Counted from the stretch's first letter, positions 51,547 through 59,987 are shown. The stretch is 64,000 nt of DNA from Winogradskyella tangerina (GCF_003260205.1 NZ_QERF01000001.1:553985-617984), one strand, 5' to 3'. Program-made: numbers and translations. The notes: generated by a model from the sequence alone, not told the origin.

Positions 51547-52082
51547 ACTATAAACTTCGACCTAGGAGAAGGGCTTCGGAAATGGCTTCGTAGATTTTTG
51601 CCTACAAAATACCAACCTTCTCCATGCATGTTTCCCAACACACGGTATGTTGAGCTACCGAACGCTTTCGGGTCGGGTACCTCTAATACTGCAACAAGCT
51701 CCGCAAGGCTGGATGACCTACGCGTAACCTATTACTACAACTTTTCCTATTGATGTCTCCATCTCAAGCCTCATTAGCATTGGCTATAAATTCTAACCAG
51801 TCTCGGCGGTCGCCCCTGACTAATCGTAACCTACGTTTGTTGCTTGCTTACCTGCACTATTTTCCGAAGAAAACAGTCTCCACCTACAGTGTCTGTAAGC
51901 AGATTTATCCTTGTTACCAAGTTTATCTGAGGACGATAAGCCGCCCCATCTTACCTTAACCGAAATTAAGGTTTGATGATTTTTTTAGTATGAAATCCGT
52001 TTTTCAGAATTTCATAATATTTCAATGATCGTCATTTAAAACAAACAGACCGATAACTGTATGTTTAAATGTTTTTACTTTA

Positions 52083-52151
52083 ATGTTTATCAAGATTCGA
52101 ACTTGATCCTAGCGGATATACCTCTCGTGCGAGCCATTACACTATAAACAT
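52083..52151 (-). pseudogene. tRNA-like element D, 69 nt, canonical order but with a degenerate anticodon arm
   Basis: The acceptor ATGTTTA/TAAACAT is perfectly paired. The T-arm TCAAG-TTCGAAT-CTTGA is perfect. It has a D-arm-like GTG-TAATGGCTCG-CAC. The 20 nt between the D-arm and T-arm do not fold into an anticodon stem. Confidence 0.4.
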
Positions 52152-52208
52152 CTCAGTAAACAGAGACAAACCAGGTTTGCCTCTGCTTTTGGTCTCCTTT
52201 CTTTTTAT

Positions 52209-52826
52209 TTACAATAAATTGTTTAACCTATTCTGAAACCAACTTTTTTGTTGTTTTTCAGCCTCTTTCTTAGCCTGAGTTTCAGTGGCTTTGTCCTCGT
52301 TAACTTTTGCTTGTCTTTTTTTAGTAACTCGAGACAAAACCCCTTCAACGAAATGAATAAAATCATCATTCAAGGCTAATTGCTTTGCTTCTTTGAGGAC
52401 TTTTTCTGCCTCTTCATACTTGGCTAAGCTTTCGTACAGTTGTCCTTGAGCAAGTGCAATACTGGCTTTACCAACACCTTTAATTGTCTTAGCAAAGTCG
52501 ATCAATTTTTGAGCTTCTTCATAATCTTCATTATTGATCAATACTCTGATATAATCTGGGTAAATATCTACCGCTTCAATATTGCTTGCCAAGGCACGTT
52601 CGAAGTAGGATTTTGCTGTTTCGTAATCTCCTAATTGCTCATAGTGCACTTTTGCCATCAAATGCAAAGCCTTCGTATTTTCTGGGTCGTAAGCCAAGGC
52701 ATAATTCAAGGCTTCAACCGCTTTCTCCAATTCCCATGGGTAAGCTTCAATAACTCTAAACAAATGGGTGTTATATAAATTATTTTCCATCATATTAGTT
52801 ATTGTACTGAATAAATTATTCAGCAA
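52209..52826 (-). CDS. tetratricopeptide-repeat (TPR) protein
   Basis: It has several 34-residue TPR-like helical repeats (AKVHYEQLGDYETAKSYFERAL..., LAQGQLYESLAKYEEAEKVLKEA) and a Lys/Glu-rich C-terminus. Confidence 0.65.
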   Translation of the reverse strand: MLNNLFSTITNMMENNLYNTHLFRVIEAYPWELEKAVEALNYALAYDPENTKALHLMAKVHYEQLGDYETAKSYFERALASNIEAVDIYPDYIRVLINNEDYEEAQKLIDFAKTIKGVGKASIALAQGQLYESLAKYEEAEKVLKEAKQLALNDDFIHFVEGVLSRVTKKRQAKVNEDKATETQAKKEAEKQQKSWFQNRLNNLL

Positions 52827-53721
52827 GTTTGTACTGTTTTAAATGCATCTATTTCTTGAGATGCGCTTAAAACTGTTCAGATCTGGTGATCTCTTATGTT
52901 TAGAAATGTAAAATCCGAAACAGTTAATTTGCTTCGGATCGTAATTTGGAGAGTAATTCTACAAATAAAACCGAAGCCCTATAAATGACTCTTGGTCATT
53001 GCTAAAATGTTTAAATGCTACTGCGTTCGTTAGCATGGCTTTCTTGTTTTTATTATTATTAATTATCGGCAGCTGATATGATCAATTCTGCGGTGCAAAG
53101 ATGAAAACTATTTTTAAATAAACAAATATTTTTTTGTTTTATTTTATTGATTTTCAGTTACTTATGGTTAATTTAGAGCAAGGGTATTCCTGTCCGCTTT
53201 CAGCAGATTATTGAAGGTTTACACAAGCTTCTGTTTTTCAAATGCTTAATCTTCAAAGGCTCTTATTTTATATTTTAAAATCTTGTTTCAAATTATTTGT
53301 AATTTTTTTTACTTCATATATAATTTTATTGGGTAAACGCTCTAGTTTGCAGTCTAAAAACTGCTCTTAAAATAAAAAAGCGCCCAATTTAGTGGACGCT
53401 TTTCAATCTATTTATGTTTTGTAATTACTTTATCTTAGGTAACATTTTAAAAATAGATACAAAGTGTCCTGGCTCGTTGAAATAATTCAATATTATTTCC
53501 TCGATAATCCCACTGTGTTGTCAGTGATCCTGGCGCTTTATGTACTATTATATTTCTCATTTGCATTGCAAATATGCCATATTTAATTTATAAAATCCAA
53601 ATTTTGAGTTGATTGATCTTTAAAACTACTTCAAATTAGATTAAATCTGAATAGGCTACTGTTTCTACAATTAACTCCATTTTAAGGTTTTAGTCACTAT
53701 TTTTGTAAAAAATTTGAAATT

Positions 53722-54240
53722 ATGTTATCGAAAACAATAGAAAACGCATTAAATAAACAAATTCGTATTGAGGCTGAATCTTCTCAAGTGTACTTAGCTA
53801 TGGCTGTTTGGGCTGAAGTTAAAGGTCTTGAAGGTATTTCTAACTTTATGTATGATCAGTCAGATGAAGAACGCGAGCATATGCTTAAGCTTGTAAAATT
53901 TGTGAACGAACGAGGTGGACACGCTCATGTTTCTGAATTGAACGCACCAAATGTATCCTTTAATTCATTCCAGGGGATGTTCGAAAAATTGCTTGAGCAT
54001 GAAATATTTGTATCTGAAAGCATTAATGAATTAGTACACATTTCATTACAGGAAAAAGATTATGCTACGCATAACTTCTTACAATGGTATGTTGCAGAAC
54101 AAATAGAGGAAGAAGCTACCGCCCGAACTATACTAGACAAAGTAAATATGATCGGTGATGATAAAGGTGGTCTTTATTTATTTGATAGAGATATTCAGCA
54201 ATTAGCTGTAGTCTCTGCAGCAGATACACCTGCCGAATAA
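53722..54240 (+). CDS. ftnA: ferritin (non-heme, FtnA-like)
   Basis: The ferroxidase-centre residues E17 (EAESS), E50xxH (EEREHMLK), E94 (EHE) and Q127xxE (EQIEEE) are present, in a four-helix bundle of matching length. Confidence 0.85.
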   Translation: MLSKTIENALNKQIRIEAESSQVYLAMAVWAEVKGLEGISNFMYDQSDEEREHMLKLVKFVNERGGHAHVSELNAPNVSFNSFQGMFEKLLEHEIFVSESINELVHISLQEKDYATHNFLQWYVAEQIEEEATARTILDKVNMIGDDKGGLYLFDRDIQQLAVVSAADTPAE

Positions 54241-54366
54241 GATTTATTTAATCCCAAAAAGAACACTGATATTGGTTAAAAACTAGTATCAGTTTTTTTT
54301 GTTTTTAAATGTTAAAGTTTATTTAGAATAAATTAAAATAACTATTTTTGCGCCATTGTTTCGTAA

Positions 54367-54543
54367 TGAATGGGCAAGAAGAAAGACAAAAAACTAAGAA
54401 AGCAACGTATAAAAGTACTTGAAACATCTGGCTCGGATGGTTTAGGTAAGGTTAAATCTAAATGTTGCAAAAAGTATAAAAAGGCAGAACACAAACGCTG
54501 TAAAAAGTGCCCATGCTTTGATCTTCTGAAAAAAGTGGCCTAA
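54367..54543 (+). CDS. candidate small basic Cys-rich protein (58 aa; absent from the >=60-aa ORF track)
   Basis: ATG at 54367. The sequence is MGKKKDKKLRKQRIKVLETSGSDGLGKVKSKCCKKYKKAEHKRCKKCPCFDLLKKVA, with five Cys in the last 25 residues. A terminator-like hairpin lies upstream, after the ferritin gene. Confidence 0.3.
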
Positions 54544-54635
54544 CTCCAGCTGTGTAACTCCTTTTTAGGCAAAGTGTTGCATTTTATTTTCGTTATCTTT
54601 GTTAGTAAATATTGTTTAATTAATTGCTATGAATT

Positions 54636-56003
54636 ATGAAGAAAACTACGTTTAAAAAGGTTCATCTTATTGCCCTTTTCTTTATTTGCCTGTTTTCAAT
54701 AAGTTTTAGTACAGCACAAGAAACTGAACAGAATGAGGTTCCTGCTTGTATTATGCCAGTACCAACTGATGTCAACAGAGTATACATTCCACCAAGAGAT
54801 GCCGTGCAAGAACGACTTGCTAGTCGTGGCACAAGCTGTTCAAATATTATCGTGAACTACATTAATTTCCCGGTAAACCCATCAAACCCGTCAGAACCAG
54901 GTCCGGAGCAAGTAGCATTTCAATTTGCAGTAGATATATGGGAAACCTTATTAGATTCACCTGTCCCAATCAGGATAGATGCCAACTGGGTTGGTTTAGG
55001 CGCTGGAGTATTAGGTAGTGCGGCACCTGCATATTTTGCTACCGTACCAGGTGGTGCTACAAGTACACTTTATGCCGGTGCTTTGGCAGAATCTATTGTG
55101 GGTTTTGAGCTCAACGGCTTTAATTCTACTGATATTGTTTGTAATTTCAACTCTCAATTTAGTAATTGGTATTTCGGAACAGATGGTAATCCTGCATTTT
55201 TTGAAGTGGATTTTGTGTCTGTAGTATTGCACGAATTAGGTCATGGGCTCGGTGTTGCTGGCTTTGGTATTGAATTGAACGACATGGGATATATTAGAAG
55301 AGATATCAGTGGACAAACTGTTTCAGCAACGTCTAGTTTCCCAAGTATTTGGGATCAGTTCATTGATTCTGAAGATATATTTGCAAATCCGGTTAGTATT
55401 CTCGACGAATCTCAATTTCCAGATCCATCAGCAATAATGTTAGCACAATTTGAAAGTGATAACCTTACCTGTAACAGTCCAATTGCCGTGGCCCAAAATG
55501 GAGGTGTGCCACCAGCTACTCAAGGTGGTATAGAGACTCCTCCTGGATCAGGTAATTTTGAGTTCAGACAAGGTTCTAGTTATAGTCACTGGGACGAGGA
55601 CACCTTCAATGGTACGCCAACAGCACTAATGACGCCATTTTTATCTAACGGTGAGGCCATTCACGATCCTGGTAATGTAACACTCGGCTTTATGGAAGAT
55701 ATGGGCTGGGTATTGTGCCAAGGTTCGTTGAGTACGGAAGATTTTACAGCTAATGAGGTTAAGATCAGTCCAAACCCATTTAGATCACGAATAGATATCT
55801 CTATTGCGAATGGCTTTAATGATACTTATAAAGTAGATTTGATTGATATAAATGGTAGAAATGTACTATCACAAACAAAAACGGCCATTAACGGAGCTTT
55901 AGAAATAGATCGCTTAGAAAACTTAGGTGATGGTCTTTATTTTATAACTATTACCAATCAAAACTCTAATCAGAGTGTAACTACAAAATTGATAAAGAAT
56001 TAA
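54636..56003 (+). CDS. secreted zinc metalloprotease-like protein (HEXXH) with a T9SS C-terminal sorting domain
   Basis: It has a signal peptide, HELGHGLG (HEXXH), and a C-terminal T9SS type-A CTD (KISPNPFRSRIDISIA...GLYFITITNQNSNQSVTTKLIKN). Confidence 0.7.
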   Translation: MKKTTFKKVHLIALFFICLFSISFSTAQETEQNEVPACIMPVPTDVNRVYIPPRDAVQERLASRGTSCSNIIVNYINFPVNPSNPSEPGPEQVAFQFAVDIWETLLDSPVPIRIDANWVGLGAGVLGSAAPAYFATVPGGATSTLYAGALAESIVGFELNGFNSTDIVCNFNSQFSNWYFGTDGNPAFFEVDFVSVVLHELGHGLGVAGFGIELNDMGYIRRDISGQTVSATSSFPSIWDQFIDSEDIFANPVSILDESQFPDPSAIMLAQFESDNLTCNSPIAVAQNGGVPPATQGGIETPPGSGNFEFRQGSSYSHWDEDTFNGTPTALMTPFLSNGEAIHDPGNVTLGFMEDMGWVLCQGSLSTEDFTANEVKISPNPFRSRIDISIANGFNDTYKVDLIDINGRNVLSQTKTAINGALEIDRLENLGDGLYFITITNQNSNQSVTTKLIKN

Positions 56004-56103
56004 GCACAGACTTAATTTCGAATAAACAAAAGAACTTAGCACACATTGTCTAAGTTCTTTTTTTTTTGCGTAAGGATTTTGAACTTTTTCAGACCTAAGA
56101 TTC

Positions 56104-56946
56104 ATGACACACCATTTTAAGGAATTTTCTACCGGAGCACTTTTCAATATAGGAAACACAGAAGATCTTGAATCTTTCAATCAACCAAAGCAGGTTAATC
56201 TTTACACCTTTATATGGGCACAATCACAACCTGTAGAATTGATCATAGACAGCATTCCGATTACGCTTCAACCCAATCATATAATTGCCTTAACTCCTAT
56301 TCAATATTTACAATTTGTTAGTGGTGACGATGTCATAGTATATCAGTTCAACAGAGAGTTCTATTGTATTAAAGATCACGATCAGGAAGTGAGTTGTGTG
56401 GGTATGCTTTTCTTCGGAAATACGAATATCCCGATCATCAATTTGGATGAAAAAGAGCAATATAAATTTAAGATCTTACACGAAGTCTTTATCGATGAGT
56501 TAGAAACAAAAGATAATATTCAGGCTGAAATGCTTCGGATGCTTATGGCCAGATTCATCATAAAAAGCACGCGCCTTTTGAAGGCCAAAGAAGGCATTAT
56601 AGAAACGCCCAAAAGTTCTAAAGTAGATCTACTGCGTTCTTTCAACTTTTTAGTAGAGCAACATTTTAAGGAAGAACACAGTGTTACTTTTTATGCCGAA
56701 AAACTATTCAAATCGCCAAAAACCCTTTCTAATAATTTTGCAAAATTAAATCGTAGTCCACTTCAAATTATTCATCAACGTATTGTGTTAGAAGCTAAAC
56801 GTCTTTTAACATATACAGATAAAAGCGCCAAGGAAATTGCCTATGAAGTCGGATTTGATGATGCCTCGCACCTCAGTAGATTATTCAAAAAATACACTTC
56901 GCAGTCTCCTTCAGAATTCAAAAGAGGCATAAATATCTTAAGTTAG
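56104..56946 (+). CDS. AraC-family transcriptional regulator
   Basis: It has an N-terminal cupin-like ligand domain and a C-terminal double HTH (TFYAEKLFKSPKTLSNNFAK...IAYEVGFDDASHLSRLFKKYT). Confidence 0.8.
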   Translation: MTHHFKEFSTGALFNIGNTEDLESFNQPKQVNLYTFIWAQSQPVELIIDSIPITLQPNHIIALTPIQYLQFVSGDDVIVYQFNREFYCIKDHDQEVSCVGMLFFGNTNIPIINLDEKEQYKFKILHEVFIDELETKDNIQAEMLRMLMARFIIKSTRLLKAKEGIIETPKSSKVDLLRSFNFLVEQHFKEEHSVTFYAEKLFKSPKTLSNNFAKLNRSPLQIIHQRIVLEAKRLLTYTDKSAKEIAYEVGFDDASHLSRLFKKYTSQSPSEFKRGINILS

Positions 56947-56953
56947 GAAATAT

Positions 56954-56982
56954 TGACAAGCCCAAGGGCAAATTCTTCATTC
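56954..56982. promoter_or_regulatory. repeat motif copy 1 (TGACAAGCCCAAGGGCAAATTCTTCATTC) containing the palindrome GCCCAAGGGC
   Basis: It shares 22 of 29 positions with a second copy at 57201-57229. It lies between the AraC gene and the AhpD-like gene. Confidence 0.4.
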
Positions 56983-57200
56983 TTTAGCATCGGTATTGCG
57001 CGCATCTTTGCAGTGTAATATTAAAACAACAAAACGATGAAATTAAAGAACATATCTATTTTCAATCTTATTGAAATATTCAGAAGGAGTCCAAAGCGTA
57101 TTGTAAGCACAATTATTCCGAAAACACATTGTGAGCAAAAACACATTCACGATTACTATTGTGACGCTGAAAAACCACATGTGAACGCCTAAGGAAAAAA

Positions 57201-57229
57201 TGACAAGCCCTAGGGAATAATTAGCATTC
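57201..57229. promoter_or_regulatory. repeat motif copy 2 (TGACAAGCCCTAGGGAATAATTAGCATTC)
   Basis: It is a direct repeat of the 56954 motif and lies about 120 bp upstream of the AhpD-like gene start. Confidence 0.4.
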
Positions 57230-57346
57230 TATTTGATCCCTTTCTGTCGCAACTTTGTACCAACAAAAATTTAAAGCTGAATAAGCATCAGCAACAAATA
57301 AATATTAACAAACCCTGAAATCAATTCAGAATAAAAACAAAAAATT

Positions 57347-57895
57347 ATGAACACATTTAATGTACCAACCAGAGAAAACGTAAGTGCTAACAATCAAGCA
57401 ATTTTCGATAACCTAAATAAAGCACTTGGATTTGTGCCAAATCTATATGCAACTTATGCACATAGTGACACGGCCTTAGAAAACTATTTGAACTTTGCCA
57501 ATGCAAAAACGTCGTTGTCTGCTAAAGAAAAGGAAGTTGTAAACTTAGCGGTTAGCCAAGTCAATGATTGTATCTACTGTTTATCTGCGCATACTGCAAT
57601 TGGAAAAATGAACGGTTTTACCGATGAGCAGATCTTAGAATTAAGAGCTGGATATTCTTCAGTAAACACCAAACTAGACGCTTTAGCAAGATTAGCTAAA
57701 AACGTTACTGAAAACAGAGGCCGCACGGACGAAGCTGTATTAGAGAATTTCTTTAACGCCGGTTATACAAAAGCTAATTTAATCGATACGATTTCTTTAG
57801 TAGGTGATAAAACGATCTCTAACTATATACACAGTACAACACAGGTTCCTGTTGACTTCCCTGTAGCACAACCGCTAGAACCACAAACCGTATAA
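57347..57895 (+). CDS. carboxymuconolactone decarboxylase-family (AhpD-like) protein
   Basis: It has the CxxxH-like motif VNDCIYCLSAHT and AhpD-like all-helical repeats. Confidence 0.75.
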   Translation: MNTFNVPTRENVSANNQAIFDNLNKALGFVPNLYATYAHSDTALENYLNFANAKTSLSAKEKEVVNLAVSQVNDCIYCLSAHTAIGKMNGFTDEQILELRAGYSSVNTKLDALARLAKNVTENRGRTDEAVLENFFNAGYTKANLIDTISLVGDKTISNYIHSTTQVPVDFPVAQPLEPQTV

Positions 57896-58072
57896 ATATT
57901 AAAAGCACGGTCTTAGGGCACCGTGCTCCAAATAGTTAATGTAAGGAGCGCTTTGAATATAATCCCAAACAAACTATCTCACTTACAAAACTTGTGACTT
58001 AAACCTATTAATTAGCCAGATTTAAATTACTTATAATCAAATAAATAAACAATTTTTTTAACATTTAATATC

Positions 58073-58465
58073 ATGAAAAAAATAATTTCAATTCTAGTTA
58101 TCGCATTAAGTTTCACTTTAGCGGGTAACGCACAAGACAGCATGAAAAAAGATGCTATGATGAAAGACTCTAAAGCAACTGTGGTGTCTTTAGAACAAAC
58201 AAAAGGGGAGTTTACCCAAAAAACCTTAACCTTAGCTGAAGGCGATTACATTTTCGAAATTGCTAACAATAATGTCGGTCACCAGGTAGGGTTTGTATTG
58301 GCGCCAAAATCTAACCCAGATGCGCATATCAAAACAGCTTATGTTACAAAGGCTGTAGACAACAACTCAAAAGAAAGTACTAATGTTACCACATTGGCCA
58401 AAGGTGAGTATGTGTATTTCTGTCCGTTGAACCCAACACCACAATACACGCTTATCGTAGAGTAG
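58073..58465 (+). CDS. small secreted hypothetical protein
   Basis: It has a signal peptide (ISILVIALSFTLAGNAQ), a Met/Lys-rich linker, and a beta-rich C-terminus. Confidence 0.45.
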   Translation: MKKIISILVIALSFTLAGNAQDSMKKDAMMKDSKATVVSLEQTKGEFTQKTLTLAEGDYIFEIANNNVGHQVGFVLAPKSNPDAHIKTAYVTKAVDNNSKESTNVTTLAKGEYVYFCPLNPTPQYTLIVE

Positions 58466-58485
58466 TTAATTTAAATTTTATAAAC

Positions 58486-58521
58486 GAAAAAGCGCGGCTC
58501 ATCAGAGCCGCGCTTTTTTTA
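58486..58521. terminator. strong bidirectional rho-independent terminator
   Basis: AGCGCGGCTC-atca-GAGCCGCGCT is a 10-bp GC-rich stem flanked by A5 and T7. Confidence 0.8.
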
Positions 58522-58534
58522 TGGGTCTAAGGTT

Positions 58535-58867
58535 CTACTTCCCTAGCATCAACAATTCGTTACAAACGACTTCCGTGGTGTAGCGTTTAATACCGTCTTT
58601 ATCTTCCCAACTGCGTGTGGTTAGTTTGCCTTCAATGGCTACTTCTTTGCCTTTGGTTACAAACTTTTCAATTATTTCTGCTGTTTTGCCCCAAGCTACA
58701 ATATTGTGCCATTGGGTATCTGTTACTTTTTCTCCTTTAGCATTTTTATAGCTTTCATTTGTAGCTATTGAAAACTTGGCGAGGATTTTACCAGATTCGA
58801 GGTTAATGATTTCGGGATCATTTCCGAGGTGACCAATTAACTGTACTTTGTTTCTTAATGTACTCAT
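58535..58867 (-). CDS. ssb: single-stranded DNA-binding protein (short OB-fold SSB)
   Basis: NKVQLIGHLGNDPE...TDWHNIVAWGKTAE...VAIEGKLTTRSWEDKDG forms an SSB OB-fold. It lacks the acidic C-terminal tail. Confidence 0.75.
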   Translation of the reverse strand: MSTLRNKVQLIGHLGNDPEIINLESGKILAKFSIATNESYKNAKGEKVTDTQWHNIVAWGKTAEIIEKFVTKGKEVAIEGKLTTRSWEDKDGIKRYTTEVVCNELLMLGK

Positions 58868-59037
58868 GTGTTTTAAATTTTAGTGATTAAACAGTCAATA
58901 CTATCGTGTAAATGCTAAAGCCATTAGCACAACAACGACGAGACAAAGATGAGATGGCCAACCTTAATTAATCGGTAGTTACCTATTTAAATTCGTTTGT
59001 AAGTATTTGTAGTCGTTTGTAAATAACTATTGCTTTG

Positions 59038-59045
59038 TGGATAGG
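59038..59045. repeat. target-site duplication, left copy (TGGATAGG)
   Basis: It is identical to the 8-mer at 63432-63439 and lies directly outside the terminal inverted repeat. Confidence 0.7.
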
Positions 59046-59233
59046 GGCAGCTATATACAATAAGGGACAAATTAATCTAGTAATTTTACAAAACGAAAAA
59101 TGTCGTTTTTTTTAATGTGAAGTACGCAATTCATCTGACCGTCTTTCCCTTGCCACCGATTCAGCAATTCGAGATTGGGCATCTTGCCTACCATTCAAGG
59201 TATAACCAGACTATTGCAGTCAAAGAGCGTGGA

Positions 59234-59365
59234 CTATTCGTCCTTTTTGTCCTCTTTAGGTTTAGGGACAGATATTTTTAGAACGTCGTCGAGCGTGCCA
59301 TCTATTGACAGTTTTTCCTCGTACTTTTTAGCACGTTCCTTTTTGTTTTTTTCTTTCTTAGCCAT
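59234..59365 (-). CDS. candidate 43-aa Lys/Glu-rich micro-protein (cargo; stop-start coupled TAAATG with the protease gene)
   Basis: MAKKEKNKKERAKKYEEKLSIDGTLDDVLKISVPKPKEDKKDE. Its ATG follows directly after the protease TAA. It is below the ORF-track length cut-off. Confidence 0.3.
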   Translation of the reverse strand: MAKKEKNKKERAKKYEEKLSIDGTLDDVLKISVPKPKEDKKDE

Positions 59366-59791
59366 TTACCATTCAAGGGTTATTTCTTTTTTGACATAAT
59401 CTAAAGTTATCTTGAACTTTTCAAGAAACATATTAGTGCCTAGAATTGGAGGCAAAGAATTAGACATGATAGTATTCCCTACCACTTCTAGAGTTCTTAA
59501 AACCTTTTTTCGAGTACTGTCTAGTATTTCTATTTTAAAAGGATGTACATAAGTATCTATTTCAGTACCAGAAATACCTCTTGTGCCTTTTTCCTTTTTA
59601 CTTTCATTATCCAGTTTATGTCCAACATTCATTGTAATCATACTTGGAAAAGTACAACAATCTGCACCTGTATCTATCATTGCCAAAGTATGAATTGCCT
59701 TATTTGTATTATAATTTATGATTCTTATGGGTATTTTAGGTCTTAAAATACCATTTTCGCCTTTTCGAAATGGATAAGTGTATTTATTCAA
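59366..59791 (-). CDS. retropepsin-like (clan AA) aspartic peptidase domain protein (cargo)
   Basis: It has the MIDTGADCCTF (D-T-G-A) catalytic motif with downstream hydrophobic-Gly (ILGTNMF). It is 141 aa. Confidence 0.55.
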   Translation of the reverse strand: MNKYTYPFRKGENGILRPKIPIRIINYNTNKAIHTLAMIDTGADCCTFPSMITMNVGHKLDNESKKEKGTRGISGTEIDTYVHPFKIEILDSTRKKVLRTLEVVGNTIMSNSLPPILGTNMFLEKFKITLDYVKKEITLEW

Positions 59792-59970
59792 AAGACAAAA
59801 TTATAATCAACATTTGTTTCAAAATCTAGAATAAAGTCCTCTCCAGATTCTTCTGCCTTTTTTAAAACTTCTTCACCATCAAAACTTTCATAAATAACCT
59901 TGTTAGTTTCTATGTTAATAGCTCTAATTGTAATTAAATTTTCTTGTTTAGATTTTTTGTCATTAGACAT
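59788..59970 (-). CDS. small acidic hypothetical protein (cargo; ATGA overlap with the protease gene)
   Basis: It is a 60-aa ORF, translationally coupled to the downstream gene, with a 13-bp perfect palindrome upstream. Confidence 0.35.
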   Translation of the reverse strand: MSNDKKSKQENLITIRAINIETNKVIYESFDGEEVLKKAEESGEDFILDFETNVDYNFVF

Positions 59971-59987
59971 TGCTCTCGGTTTTAAAA

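Noticed and set aside
50141-52208. tmRNA, RNase P RNA, SRP RNA or rRNA as the explanation for the structured non-coding block
   Set aside because: The expected signatures for tmRNA, RNase P RNA, SRP RNA and 16S/23S rRNA were looked for on both strands and not seen. These were the tmRNA tag-reading frame with a GGGG 5' end; RNase P RNA GGAAAGTCCGG/ACAGAAACCGGCTTA; the SRP RNA GGTGCTGTTTACCAGGTCAGGTCCGGAAGG; and the 16S GTGCCAGCAGCCGCGGTAA.
59175-59399. 74-aa plus-strand ORF inside the IS element
   Set aside because: It overlaps the better-supported minus-strand 43-aa and protease genes. It is Ser/Leu/Phe-rich and a frame artefact.
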